Of a DNA stretch of 64,000 nucleotides, positions 39,746 to 49,012 are shown one piece after another (the stretch's first letter is position 1; each line of letters opens with the position of its first letter). Under the pieces are notes generated by a model, which saw only the letters and a list, made by a program, of their open reading frames with translations, made no database searches and had not been told where the DNA came from. The position numbers and the translations under genes were made by a program. Source of the stretch: Candidatus Paceibacter sp. (GTDB lineage: Bacteria > Patescibacteriota > Patescibacteriia > Magasanikbacterales > UBA922); the NCBI GenBank assembly GCA_020725175.1, contig DYFM01000006.1, forward strand, positions 2,190 to 66,189, written 5' to 3'.

Positions 39746-41170
39746 ATGAAAAAACGCATTCTCTTCCTATTAATCATCATTCTCATAGGAAACATTTTCC
39801 TCACCTCAAATGTTCATGCCCAGCTCGATCAACGCTGTTGGACAAAACAAGAATGTATTGACGCTCGAAAAGAAAGTGCCAAGCCCTTTGAAATGACTGA
39901 AGCTGAAGCTGCAGATGGGTTTTACAACGAGCCGGACGCAGTGGCGATATGCGGTGAAAAGAGTGCTGCCGGTGAAGAAATGGGATTTTGTCTACCTTCT
40001 TACAAAACAAAGACCCAAATCAAGTTTGGCGGTAATGATACGTTTCTCCACATGGGAGAATTCATTCAATTTATGTACCGCTATGGTATTTGGATTGTCG
40101 GACTAGCAGCGGTATTTATGATTATTGTCGCCGGCTTCCAACGATTGACATCGGGTGGAAATCCTGATAGCATTCAATCTTCGAACAAAAAAATTACCGG
40201 GTCAATTATAGGGGTCACGCTCGCGGTTACCTCGTATCTTATTTTGAATACCATCAATCCAGCTCTCGTAAATTTACGCCTCCCGCAGATCTGGATGGTG
40301 AATCCGCAGGCTCTAACGCCATCATTTTGTTCTGAACTTGATGATACTCAACTGGTAGCTCCACTTGGCCCTTCCGGACAACAGTACAGCAATGAACAGA
40401 AGGAGACAGCTTACAAAAGCAGTATTGCTTCCAGCGCATTCCAACCGATTTCCCAAGCAAAACCAAAATGCGGAACAGATTTTCTCGTTGACGGTGCCGG
40501 CAGCGCCACCTGTTCCGGAACATTTTGTAAAGAAGGTGGTGGACAGGTGTGTTTTCAAGGTGTGAATAATAATGATAAAGTACCAACCTGTAAAAAAGGA
40601 AATATTGCCGGGCTTGTTTACAATTCAAACATTTTTGCCGATACGTTTATTGGAGCATTAAATGAAGACTTTGAATGGCCATGGGTAACTGATCCAATTA
40701 CACCTGGTCAAGATGCTTTAGACTTAGAAGCAACCTGCATGGATGGCACACTGATTGAAAACATTGTTTCACTAGAGGACCTCTCTACTTACGATGACAT
40801 TAAGAAAATACAATTCTATTCTTTATCCATAAGTGAGAATGAAATATCTGAAACAATAGATACATGCTCATCGCACGGCGGATTAAAAGGATTTATGCTT
40901 GACATGTCATTCAATGAAGATTTTGCACTTGACAGTGAGGACCATTATATAGTTAATAATTCTTCACGAGTAGGAATTGACTTAGGAGATTTAGCCGCAT
41001 TTAAAAAAACTAGACTTACCACACCAAAAGAAATGTTCATTTCTCCTGATGATTTAAGACAAGGAATACAGTTGGATATTAATGCAGGAAAAGTTTGTGA
41101 CATTGATAACGCTTTCGAAGATGGACACCCAAGAAGAAAACAATGTTATGGAAAATATGGTTATGAATAA
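39746..41170 (+). CDS. Secreted Cys-rich hypothetical protein with a central two-helix membrane hairpin (TrbC/VirB2-pilin-like topology)
   Basis: Signal peptide MKKRILFLLIIILIGNIFLTSNVHA; TM1 YGIWIVGLAAVFMIIVAGF, short loop, TM2 IIGVTLAVTSYLILNTI; about 290-aa C-terminal domain with many Cys; 12 nt upstream of uvrA. Confidence 0.5.
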   Translation: MKKRILFLLIIILIGNIFLTSNVHAQLDQRCWTKQECIDARKESAKPFEMTEAEAADGFYNEPDAVAICGEKSAAGEEMGFCLPSYKTKTQIKFGGNDTFLHMGEFIQFMYRYGIWIVGLAAVFMIIVAGFQRLTSGGNPDSIQSSNKKITGSIIGVTLAVTSYLILNTINPALVNLRLPQIWMVNPQALTPSFCSELDDTQLVAPLGPSGQQYSNEQKETAYKSSIASSAFQPISQAKPKCGTDFLVDGAGSATCSGTFCKEGGGQVCFQGVNNNDKVPTCKKGNIAGLVYNSNIFADTFIGALNEDFEWPWVTDPITPGQDALDLEATCMDGTLIENIVSLEDLSTYDDIKKIQFYSLSISENEISETIDTCSSHGGLKGFMLDMSFNEDFALDSEDHYIVNNSSRVGIDLGDLAAFKKTRLTTPKEMFISPDDLRQGIQLDINAGKVCDIDNAFEDGHPRRKQCYGKYGYE

Positions 41171-41182
41171 ACAAACAATAAT

Positions 41183-44029
41183 ATGCCCCACCAACACATC
41201 ACCATCACCAATGCGCGGGTGAACAATTTGAAAAATATCTCGGTGAAGATCCCCAAAAATAAGTTGGTGGTAATTACCGGTTTATCAGGATCAGGAAAAT
41301 CGAGCTTAGCTTTTGATACCATTTATGCCGAAGGACAACGTCGCTATGCCGAAAGCTTGAATGCCTATGCACGACAATTTATGGATCTTCAAGATAAACC
41401 GGATGTCGATGAAATCACCGGACTCTCCCCTACCATTGCCATTGATCAAAAAAATACTTCAAAAAATCCTCGTTCGACCGTCGGTACCAGCACCGAAATT
41501 CACGACTATCTTCGTCTTCTGTTTGCACGCATTGGAACGCAGTACTGTCCGGACTGTCACGAACAAGTGAAAGGCTATACCGTAGGAAATATTGTTGAAT
41601 CTATTCGAAAAATCGGTCGTGATAATATGTCACTGACAATTATTGCGCCACTCCTCACACAACATCCGGGAAAGAAAAAGGATATTGTTTCTCGCCTTGA
41701 ACAAACCGGATATGAAACAGTCCGTTTAAACGGCGCCGTCATGAAGCTCTCGGCTATTACCGGTTACAGTTTTGATCCGCAAAAAAAATATGATCTCGAT
41801 ATCGTACTGGGAACTATTGAAGATACCAAAAAACAACCAGTCCAACTACTGGTAGACAAAGCACTTGATCTTGGCAATGATACCATGATCGTTGTAAACG
41901 AACAGACCGGCGATGAACGAAGTTATTCTCTTATCCCACAATGCCCAACTTGTCATCGCTCGTTTCAAACTATTGAACCACGTTCGTTTAGTTTCAACAG
42001 TCCGTATGGTGCCTGCGGACGTTGTACCGGTCTCGGACGAACGCTTGAAGTAGATCCGGAGCTCGTGATCCCGAATCCGCGATTAACACTGGCGGAAGGA
42101 GCAATTCAACCATGGACTAGAATTGTTGGAAATCAACAATTTTATCACAAACTTCTTTCGGCGGTTGCTGACCGACACGGGTTTTCTATTGATGTACCGA
42201 TCAAAGATTTACCACAAGCAGTTATTGATATTTTATTCTATGGGACAGATGGTCAAGACTACACCATCGATGGAAAAACGGTTCATTTTGAAGGAGTCGT
42301 ATCAAATCTTACCCAACGACACGCAGAAACCACTTCTGACTACATTCGCAAGGAAATCGAACACTACATGCGGGAAAAAGTTTGTCCGGTTTGCAAGGGA
42401 CGACGACTGAAACAGGAATCACTCTGGGTGAAAATTGGCGATTATAGTATTGCCGACATTATGGAAATGAATATTGATGAAGCTATCGACTTTTTACACT
42501 CAGTCCTTGGTACGTCAAAAACAGCAAAGAAAGGTACGACAACACTCGAATTCAGTAAACAAGAAGAGCTCATTGCCACTCCGATTATCAAAGAAATTTC
42601 GATCCGTCTCAGTAATCTTAGTCAAGTAGGTCTTTCCTACCTTTCCCTTGACCGTTCACTCTCTTCTCTTTCCGGTGGAGAAGCACAGCGGGTTCGTCTG
42701 TCAACCCAACTCTCTACCGGACTCACCGGTGTTATTTATGTACTCGACGAGCCATCGGTTGGTCTACACCCTCGCGACAGCGATACACTCATAGCGACCC
42801 TGAAACAGTTACGCGATCTAGGAAATTCCGTCATTGTAGTTGAACATGATAAAGCTATGATGGAAGCAGCTGACTACATTATAGACGTTGGGCCCGGAGC
42901 GGGAATTTATGGTGGGGAACTGATTGCTGAAGGGACGCCAGAACAAATCAAAAAGACCCCTAAGTCCGTTACCGGTCAGTATTTAACGGATAAGGCTTCT
43001 ATTCCAGTACCAAAAAAACTTCACAAAGGAAATGGAAAATCCCTCACTATTATTGGAGCAAAAGCGTTTAATTTGAAGAATATTGATGTTTCAATTCCAC
43101 TCGGTAAACTAGTCTGCGTGACCGGGGTGTCCGGGTCTGGAAAAACCAGCTTGATTCACGACATTCTCGGACGTGCGCTGAATAAGCATTTTTACCGCGC
43201 CAAAGCCGAACCGGGTGCGCACAAAAAAATTACCGGCATTTCCCATATAAATAAGGTCATTGCTATTGATCAATCTCCTATTGGTCGTACACCTCGCAGC
43301 AATCCGGCAACGTACACCGGTGTTTTTACCGCAATCCGTGACTTATTTACCGAACAACCGGAAGCGAAACTCCGCGGCTATGATGCGGGTAAATTTAGTT
43401 TTAATGTCAAAGGTGGTGGCCGATGTGAAGCCTGCACCGGTGAAGGGTATGTGCGAATTCCCATGCAATTTTTAACTGATGTGTTTGTCGAGTGTAACGA
43501 GTGTGAAGGAAAACGCTACACTCGAGATACACTTGATATACATTACAAACAAAAAACAATCGCCGACGTGCTCGAAATGACAGTAGAGGAAGCCACCACG
43601 TTTTTTGCCGAAATTCCGACTATTGCGGATAAACTCAACACGCTTCGTGACGTAGGACTTGGCTACGTACATCTTGGGCAACCAGCAACAACACTATCTG
43701 GCGGAGAAGCACAGCGAGTAAAACTGGCCACCGAACTCTCACGAAAAGCAACCGGCGATACGCTTTATATTCTTGATGAACCAACCTCTGGACTTCATTT
43801 TGATGATATTAAAAAACTATTGCATGTCTTAAGTCAACTCGTCGACAAAGGCAATACAGTTCTTATCATCGAACACAATCTCGACATCATCAAGTGTGCC
43901 GATTGGATCATTGATATCGGGCCAGAAGGCGGAAAACATGGTGGTGAAGTAGTCGCTGAAGGAACCCCGAGTGATGTAGTCAAGGTAAAAGGTAGTTTGA
44001 CTGGAAAATACTTAAAAGCAGCGATTTAA
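41183..44029 (+). CDS. uvrA: Excinuclease ABC subunit A
   Basis: Two ABC ATPase modules (GLSGSGKSSL; GVSGSGKTSL), zinc-finger Cys clusters, LSGGE signature motifs; 948 aa. Confidence 0.95.
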   Translation: MPHQHITITNARVNNLKNISVKIPKNKLVVITGLSGSGKSSLAFDTIYAEGQRRYAESLNAYARQFMDLQDKPDVDEITGLSPTIAIDQKNTSKNPRSTVGTSTEIHDYLRLLFARIGTQYCPDCHEQVKGYTVGNIVESIRKIGRDNMSLTIIAPLLTQHPGKKKDIVSRLEQTGYETVRLNGAVMKLSAITGYSFDPQKKYDLDIVLGTIEDTKKQPVQLLVDKALDLGNDTMIVVNEQTGDERSYSLIPQCPTCHRSFQTIEPRSFSFNSPYGACGRCTGLGRTLEVDPELVIPNPRLTLAEGAIQPWTRIVGNQQFYHKLLSAVADRHGFSIDVPIKDLPQAVIDILFYGTDGQDYTIDGKTVHFEGVVSNLTQRHAETTSDYIRKEIEHYMREKVCPVCKGRRLKQESLWVKIGDYSIADIMEMNIDEAIDFLHSVLGTSKTAKKGTTTLEFSKQEELIATPIIKEISIRLSNLSQVGLSYLSLDRSLSSLSGGEAQRVRLSTQLSTGLTGVIYVLDEPSVGLHPRDSDTLIATLKQLRDLGNSVIVVEHDKAMMEAADYIIDVGPGAGIYGGELIAEGTPEQIKKTPKSVTGQYLTDKASIPVPKKLHKGNGKSLTIIGAKAFNLKNIDVSIPLGKLVCVTGVSGSGKTSLIHDILGRALNKHFYRAKAEPGAHKKITGISHINKVIAIDQSPIGRTPRSNPATYTGVFTAIRDLFTEQPEAKLRGYDAGKFSFNVKGGGRCEACTGEGYVRIPMQFLTDVFVECNECEGKRYTRDTLDIHYKQKTIADVLEMTVEEATTFFAEIPTIADKLNTLRDVGLGYVHLGQPATTLSGGEAQRVKLATELSRKATGDTLYILDEPTSGLHFDDIKKLLHVLSQLVDKGNTVLIIEHNLDIIKCADWIIDIGPEGGKHGGEVVAEGTPSDVVKVKGSLTGKYLKAAI

Positions 44030-44032
44030 AAT

Positions 44033-44190
44033 CTCTAATTCACCTAATGTCTAATTTCTAATGAAATGTCAAATACAAACAAACAACTTCCATTCGCCTT
44101 TGGTTACTGCGTGTAATGTAGTACTACTGAAAACAAATGTATGGAATATGGTGAACAATTGTTAGAAATTAGACATTAGAAATTAGAAAT
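44033..44190. mobile_element. MITE-like unit bounded by terminal inverted repeats: TCTAATTCACCTAATGTCTAATTTCTAATG ... TTAGAAATTAGACATTAGAAATTAGAAATT
   Basis: Inverted repeats of about 30 nt enclosing about 100 nt; closely related TIRs bound the element at 49053-49270. Confidence 0.45.
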
Positions 44191-44211
44191 TTTCTTTCCT
44201 CTATCATAAAC

Positions 44212-44238
44212 AAAAAACCGCCGTCTTTGGCGGTTTTG
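44212..44238. terminator. Bidirectional hairpin terminator (AAAAAACCGCCGTCTTTGGCGGTTTTG) shared by uvrA (+) and rplS (-)
   Basis: GC stem CCGCC/GGCGG with A-run and T-run flanks. Confidence 0.6.
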
Positions 44239-44266
44239 TAGTAGCCTGGTAAGCGTCGTAAGCCTT

Positions 44267-44590
44267 TTATTTCTTCACTTCTTTCAATTTCTTCTTAGTG
44301 GTTCTCAAGTAGTACGCACGCGCTTGTCGCACTTTCATTTGTCGAACCAACTCTATTTTTTCTACTACCGGGGAATGAAGCGGGAAGATTTTTTCTACAC
44401 CGATACCACCGGAAACTTTTCTGACAGTTACGGTCGCACCGGCTTCTTTTCCGTGTTTCACCGCGAGAACTGTTCCTTCAAAAATCTGAATACGTTCTTT
44501 TTCCTCACCTTTAGCATTTACTTCTTTAATTTTCTGATGCACGCGGACAATTGCGCCCGGCTTCAGTTCAAATCGTTTGTCGTCTGACAT
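44267..44590 (-). CDS. rplS: 50S ribosomal protein L19
   Basis: L19-like core from [19 protein letters not shown]...[19 protein letters not shown] onward; start set at MSDDKR. Confidence 0.85.
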   Translation of the reverse strand: MSDDKRFELKPGAIVRVHQKIKEVNAKGEEKERIQIFEGTVLAVKHGKEAGATVTVRKVSGGIGVEKIFPLHSPVVEKIELVRQMKVRQARAYYLRTTKKKLKEVKK

Positions 44591-44705
44591 AATAGATAAC
44601 TTATCGAGAGGTTGAGAGGATAGGATACCCAACGTCGCGGTCGGGATAAAACCCAACCCTAGAGATTGAATAGTGGCTAGAGAATACTATATTTGTGAGA
44701 ATTTG

Positions 44706-45296
44706 TCAAGTATTGATACGAACACCCTTATGATCCAAAAAAACCAAAATTTCTTCTACCGCCTCCATCATTTTTCCTTCCCGGTTTATAATAATTTTGT
44801 CATATCGCTTTGCCTGTCGCATTTCTTCCCCCGCAATTGTCATCCGCTCCATTACAGCCTGATCATCGGTCCCTCCTCGACGTACAATTCTTTCTTCCAA
44901 AGTATCCAAGTCTTCTGGAGCCAAAAAAATGGCAATATGAGGTATCTCCAACCGGTCTAGTGCTTGCTTTCCTTGCACTTCCGGATTGGCAAACACCACA
45001 TCATACTGCTCTAATGCTTGATAAAGGTGTTGTTTTTGCATGCCATATAAATTTCCGACATATTCAGCGTGCTCCACAAAGTCCCCCTGTTCCACTTTAT
45101 GAATAAACGTGTTCCGGTCAAGAAAAAAATAGTCAACCCCTTCCACTTCTCCCGGTCGCATAGCACGGGTTGTGGTAGTTACTAACCGCGTTGCATTTGG
45201 TACCCGACGCAAAAGCTCATTGATAATAGAATTTTTTCCTGTTCCTGATGGAGCAGATATGACTACAAGTCTGCCGGTTGTTTCTTTCGAATTCAT
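44706..45296 (-). CDS. gmk: Guanylate kinase
   Basis: P-loop SAPSGTGKNS and GMP-binding motifs; 196 aa. Confidence 0.9.
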   Translation of the reverse strand: MNSKETTGRLVVISAPSGTGKNSIINELLRRVPNATRLVTTTTRAMRPGEVEGVDYFFLDRNTFIHKVEQGDFVEHAEYVGNLYGMQKQHLYQALEQYDVVFANPEVQGKQALDRLEIPHIAIFLAPEDLDTLEERIVRRGGTDDQAVMERMTIAGEEMRQAKRYDKIIINREGKMMEAVEEILVFLDHKGVRINT

Positions 45297-45320
45297 AAAA
45301 TAGTAGACAAGTATCAGTAC

Positions 45321-46307
45321 TTAGACACCTTCTAAAAAAGATTGTAATTCAGGCGGGAGTTCACACGTATAACACACCCTCTCTCCCTCGTTCGTCACAA
45401 AACACAATCGCTCGGCATGTAAAAACAATCTTCCGAGAGCAGTATCCATTTTTCTATTTTGTTTTTTACCATAGTAGAGCATATCTCCCACCACCGGATG
45501 ATTGTACGCAAAAAAGTGCACCCGAATCTGATGCATACGTCCAGTATGAATGCGCACCTTGAGTAATGTGAGATGAGGAAATCGCTTCATGACATCATAT
45601 TCGGTCTTCGCATCTTTTCCGGGCTGCTCTTTAGCAACGTTTCGTACTTGCAGTGGATCAAGTTTTGGTCTCGCAACCATTTTTCCTTCTCTGCCCCGGT
45701 CGATAAGAAAGTCAATTACATCATGATCTTTTGGTACCGCACCGTGCACCAATACAAGATACTCCTTTTCCACCGAACGGTCTTTAAACTGTACCTTCAA
45801 ATGATTGAACATATTTTGTGTTCGAGCAATAACTAACAATCCAGATGCCTCTCGATCCAAGCGATGAACAATTCCCGGACGTTTTTGGTCTTCCCCCACC
45901 TTCTCTATTTCAGGATATCGCTCAACTACCCATGATGCCAATGTTATTAGTTCGTTGGCCTCGGTTTGGTGTACCAAAAGTCCGGCTGGCTTATACACCA
46001 CCAGATACTCTGGAGTTTCCGCGATACATCGTACTTTACTATATATATGTGTATCATTGTCTACTGACGATGTTTCTTCTACAACCTCTTCTGGTAAAAC
46101 CGCTTCACGAATTTCAACTACCGCCCCAGGTTTCAATTGATCCCCGGCTTTCTTTGACAGTTTTCCATTAACCCTAACCTGTCCTTCTTTTATCAGTTTT
46201 TGTGCTTGAGAACGAGTAATTGAGAGTTGTTCAGATAAAAAAAGATCGAGACGAATCACCTCTTTACTATCCATTGATTGATACAAAAATGTTTTAGGAA
46301 GTTTCAT
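45321..46307 (-). CDS. rluD: 23S rRNA pseudouridine synthase, RluA family (RluD-like, S4 N-terminal domain)
   Basis: S4 domain followed by the HRLDREASGLLV catalytic motif. Confidence 0.85.
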   Translation of the reverse strand: MKLPKTFLYQSMDSKEVIRLDLFLSEQLSITRSQAQKLIKEGQVRVNGKLSKKAGDQLKPGAVVEIREAVLPEEVVEETSSVDNDTHIYSKVRCIAETPEYLVVYKPAGLLVHQTEANELITLASWVVERYPEIEKVGEDQKRPGIVHRLDREASGLLVIARTQNMFNHLKVQFKDRSVEKEYLVLVHGAVPKDHDVIDFLIDRGREGKMVARPKLDPLQVRNVAKEQPGKDAKTEYDVMKRFPHLTLLKVRIHTGRMHQIRVHFFAYNHPVVGDMLYYGKKQNRKMDTALGRLFLHAERLCFVTNEGERVCYTCELPPELQSFLEGV

Positions 46308-46421
46308 ATTTGCTGAGTATACATGAATTTTTTCTTTCTGTCTAGATGAACAATCACTTTCTCTTATTGTTTCTATGACTTGATTTTTCTTTGCAACACT
46401 GCTATACTTTTTGTGTTTTAC

Positions 46422-46494
46422 GGGCCTGTAGCTCAGGGGTTAGAGCACAACGCTTATAACGTTGGGGTCGGTGGTTCAAAACCACCCAGGCCCA
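46422..46494 (+). tRNA. tRNA-Ile with anticodon UAU (Ile-type body, reads AUA)
   Basis: GGGCCUGUAGCUCAGG...GGUGGUUCAAAACCACCCAGGCCCA closely resembles the bacterial tRNA-Ile(GAU) body; anticodon loop CUUAUAA; extended -10 (TGCTATACT) upstream. Confidence 0.75.
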
Positions 46495-46497
46495 CAT

Positions 46498-46791
46498 ATG
46501 CATTATGTGTACTTTCTTTGGAGTGAAAAACTGCAAAAAATATACATCGGAGAAAGTGCGGATATTATCGCAAGATTACAGTATCATAATTCCGGCAGAC
46601 AAAGATTTACCTCACGCGGCATTCCTTGGAAACCAATTGCTTGTATACCATTTGCGAGTAGAGCAGAAGCACTAAAAGAAGAAAAACGTTTAAAAAAGTT
46701 ACGTAGTAGGCCGTATCTTAAACAATATCTCCTAACTCAGGGGAGAAAGTTTCCTTTCTCAGGGGTTAGTCCCGATCACATCGGGATATAA
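46498..46791 (+). CDS. Small stand-alone GIY-YIG nuclease-domain protein (about 97 aa), filling the gap between the tRNA-Ile and its duplicated 3' half
   Basis: GIY-YIG motifs YVYFLWS..KIYIGESADIIARLQYHNSG; the ORF starts 4 nt after the tRNA and its stop codon overlaps the start of the duplicated tRNA segment. Confidence 0.7.
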   Translation: MHYVYFLWSEKLQKIYIGESADIIARLQYHNSGRQRFTSRGIPWKPIACIPFASRAEALKEEKRLKKLRSRPYLKQYLLTQGRKFPFSGVSPDHIGI

Positions 46792-46828
46792 CGTTGGGGT
46801 CGGTGGTTCAAAACCACCCAGGCCCACA
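46787..46828 (+). repeat. 42-nt direct duplicate of the tRNA-Ile 3' half (TATAACGTTGGGGTCGGTGGTTCAAAACCACCCAGGCCCACA), followed by the presumed original tRNA terminator
   Basis: Exact 42/42 match to 46455-46496; followed by the hairpin AAATAGCCAAATTTGGCTATTTTTTG. Confidence 0.85.
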
Positions 46829-46853
46829 AAATAGCCAAATTTGGCTATTTTTT
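46828..46853 (+). terminator. Hairpin plus T-run terminator after the duplicated tRNA segment
   Basis: ATAGCCAAA/TTTGGCTAT stem followed by TTTTTT. Confidence 0.65.
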
Positions 46854-47020
46854 GTTTTAGAAATATTTGTTCTCTTTTGATAAACTATGTTTTGTAGACC
46901 AGATAATTAAAATAACCGAACGTTCAACACATACTACACCAGAAAATAACGTACAACAAAATACAATAATTGATTTCCCCACCCTTCTCTGTTATACTGA
47001 GTTACAACATATTTCTATCT

Positions 47021-47737
47021 ATGAAACAGCATATCTATCTCACCCTTATTTCTATCGCTTCAGAGCGAATGCAACGATCAAAAGACCCTATTCATGATCA
47101 TGCCCATGTATCAAGAGTAGTAAAATACACCCAAGATTTAGCAAAAAAACTTTCTGTATCAGAAACAAACCTCCACGCCCTTCTGATTGCCGCATGGTGG
47201 CACGATGTCAGCAGAACCCTCACGAAACAACCCTCCTTCATCTGGATGCCTCTCATTGATGATATTGTATCTTCTGTTATGCTCCTCTATACCATAGTGA
47301 GAAAAAAACTCTGGAGCAAAGATTCACTACTTGCAGCTCGGATTGTGTTTTGTAAAAGCACTGCGGCCGGTACTTTTTTACGAAAACTTTTACTCAATCC
47401 TTCGCAACAAATTCTGGTTGATATTCTCAAAGATGCTGATGCTCTTGATCTACTTCACACTGATCGGACGAAACATCTTCAAGAACTCGTCAACATCTCT
47501 CTTCTATATGCCTACGGATACAAATTGCAGGCCTGGTGGTTTTTCTCTTGCCAACAGATAAAATTCAAAACTGAAGCAGCTAAAGAACAATTTGTTACTC
47601 TTCTCAAAGAATTTCTCGCTTGGATATCGGAGGAAATGACTATCGCATGGCATAAACACACATTTGGAGAAGAGTGGGTATCAAACATGATGAATGATAT
47701 CAAACGACTCATTGCGCAATTTGAAGTGCAGCACTAG
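47021..47737 (+). CDS. HD-domain phosphohydrolase family protein
   Basis: HD motif (IHDHAHVSRV ... WWHDVSR); start set at MKQHIYL; about 238 aa. Confidence 0.6.
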   Translation: MKQHIYLTLISIASERMQRSKDPIHDHAHVSRVVKYTQDLAKKLSVSETNLHALLIAAWWHDVSRTLTKQPSFIWMPLIDDIVSSVMLLYTIVRKKLWSKDSLLAARIVFCKSTAAGTFLRKLLLNPSQQILVDILKDADALDLLHTDRTKHLQELVNISLLYAYGYKLQAWWFFSCQQIKFKTEAAKEQFVTLLKEFLAWISEEMTIAWHKHTFGEEWVSNMMNDIKRLIAQFEVQH

Positions 47738-47803
47738 TTATGCACGCTCTCCAACACCAAAATTGACAATTGGAAATTAAAAATTGTTATTTGAAAATTA
47801 TTT

Positions 47804-48442
47804 ATGTTTCTCTTCCACTCGCATATCGATCGACTTCGAGAAAAAACTGCTCGTCGTTTGGATGCATACACCAAAGAACAATCAAGTTTTTATTTCCTTA
47901 TTGCAGCCGCAGCGGCTATTGCTGCCATGGGACTACTTCTCAATAACGCGAGTATTATCATTGGAGCAATGGTCGTCGCACCTCTTATCACTCCGGTATT
48001 TGGTTTTTCACTAGGACTGATCCTCCTTCGAGGACAAACAATTTTCCGCACACTTCTCGCCATTACCCTTGGTTCTCTACTCGCTCTTTTGGTAGCATAT
48101 ACCATTGGAATCTTATCAATATTTCTCGAAGGAACAGTGTTTACCGTCACTAATGAAATGTTTACTCGCACTGATCCAAACATTTGGTATTTTCTCATAG
48201 CCATATTAAGTGGTATGGCTGGCGCGTTTGGATACACCAGACCACAAGTAGTTGAATCAATTACCGGTATTGCGATCTCTGTGGCCGTCATTCCACCCAT
48301 AGCTGTTACCGGCTTAGCACTATCTATTGGAAATGATCTTCTCCTATGGCAGAGTTTATTTCTGTACCTGTTCAATCTCGCCGGAATTTGTTTTGGAAGT
48401 ATCATTATGTTTCTCATTCTCGGATTCGGAAAAACCGAGTGA
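47804..48442 (+). CDS. Multi-pass membrane protein (DUF389-like)
   Basis: Five or six predicted TM helices with a GAMVVAPLITP motif. Confidence 0.5.
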   Translation: MFLFHSHIDRLREKTARRLDAYTKEQSSFYFLIAAAAAIAAMGLLLNNASIIIGAMVVAPLITPVFGFSLGLILLRGQTIFRTLLAITLGSLLALLVAYTIGILSIFLEGTVFTVTNEMFTRTDPNIWYFLIAILSGMAGAFGYTRPQVVESITGIAISVAVIPPIAVTGLALSIGNDLLLWQSLFLYLFNLAGICFGSIIMFLILGFGKTE

Positions 48443-48471
48443 ACATAAGGAAGAAAACAAAAAAAACATGA

Positions 48472-48556
48472 AAACAATAAAGCAATAAAGCAATATAACA
48501 ATTTAGCAATATAACAATTTAGCAATATAACAATTTAGCAATATAACAATGTAACC
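48472..48556. repeat. Tandem repeat, 16-nt unit CAATATAACAATTTAG x about 4, preceded by AAAGCAATA units
   Basis: Direct tandem repeat readable in the sequence. Confidence 0.7.
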
Positions 48557-48879
48557 ATTTAACACATAACACGATAATTAAAAAATATCACACTACATCC
48601 GTAGTGTTTTTTTAAACAACAAACATACAAACAAAAAAGTTATTCACAGTTTTACTTGCAACACTATTTCAAAAAAACAAAAAACATTTTATACTATATG
48701 TGAAAGGTCGAAGAAAAAATTTTTGTAAAAAAATTTTTTCGAATAGTTTTTACATCAATGCTTGTCATGTAAAAACGGCGACGTATTTGTAGGATCATTT
48801 GGTGTGTACCATGGTCATGTCAAATATGATTGCAAATACAATCTTCATCCTTCATTAGAAGGAATTACTTCAATATATT

Positions 48880-49002
48880 ATGCCAGCAAAGAAACGTCCA
48901 GCAGCTAAGAAGGCTGCAAAGCGACCAGCTAAGAAAGCTGCAAAGAAGCCAGCTCGAAAAGCTGCAAAGCGACCAGCTAAGAAGGCTGCAAAGAAGAAAT
49001 AA
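48880..49002 (+). CDS. 40-aa lysine/alanine-rich basic protein (histone H1-like / AKKA-repeat)
   Basis: ORF MPAKKRPAAKKAAKRPAKKAAKKPARKAAKRPAKKAAKKK with a GAAGGA RBS 8 nt upstream and a perfect intrinsic terminator 10 nt downstream; absent from the ORF track because it is under 60 aa. Confidence 0.55.
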   Translation: MPAKKRPAAKKAAKRPAKKAAKKPARKAAKRPAKKAAKKK

Positions 49003-49012
49003 ATCTTCTCAC

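Noticed and set aside
46455-46791. Group I intron with a GIY-YIG homing endonuclease inside the tRNA anticodon loop
   Set aside because: The first tRNA copy is complete and uninterrupted, and the roughly 290-nt insert is fully occupied by the ORF, leaving no space for a group I ribozyme core. A duplication-flanked insertion fits better.
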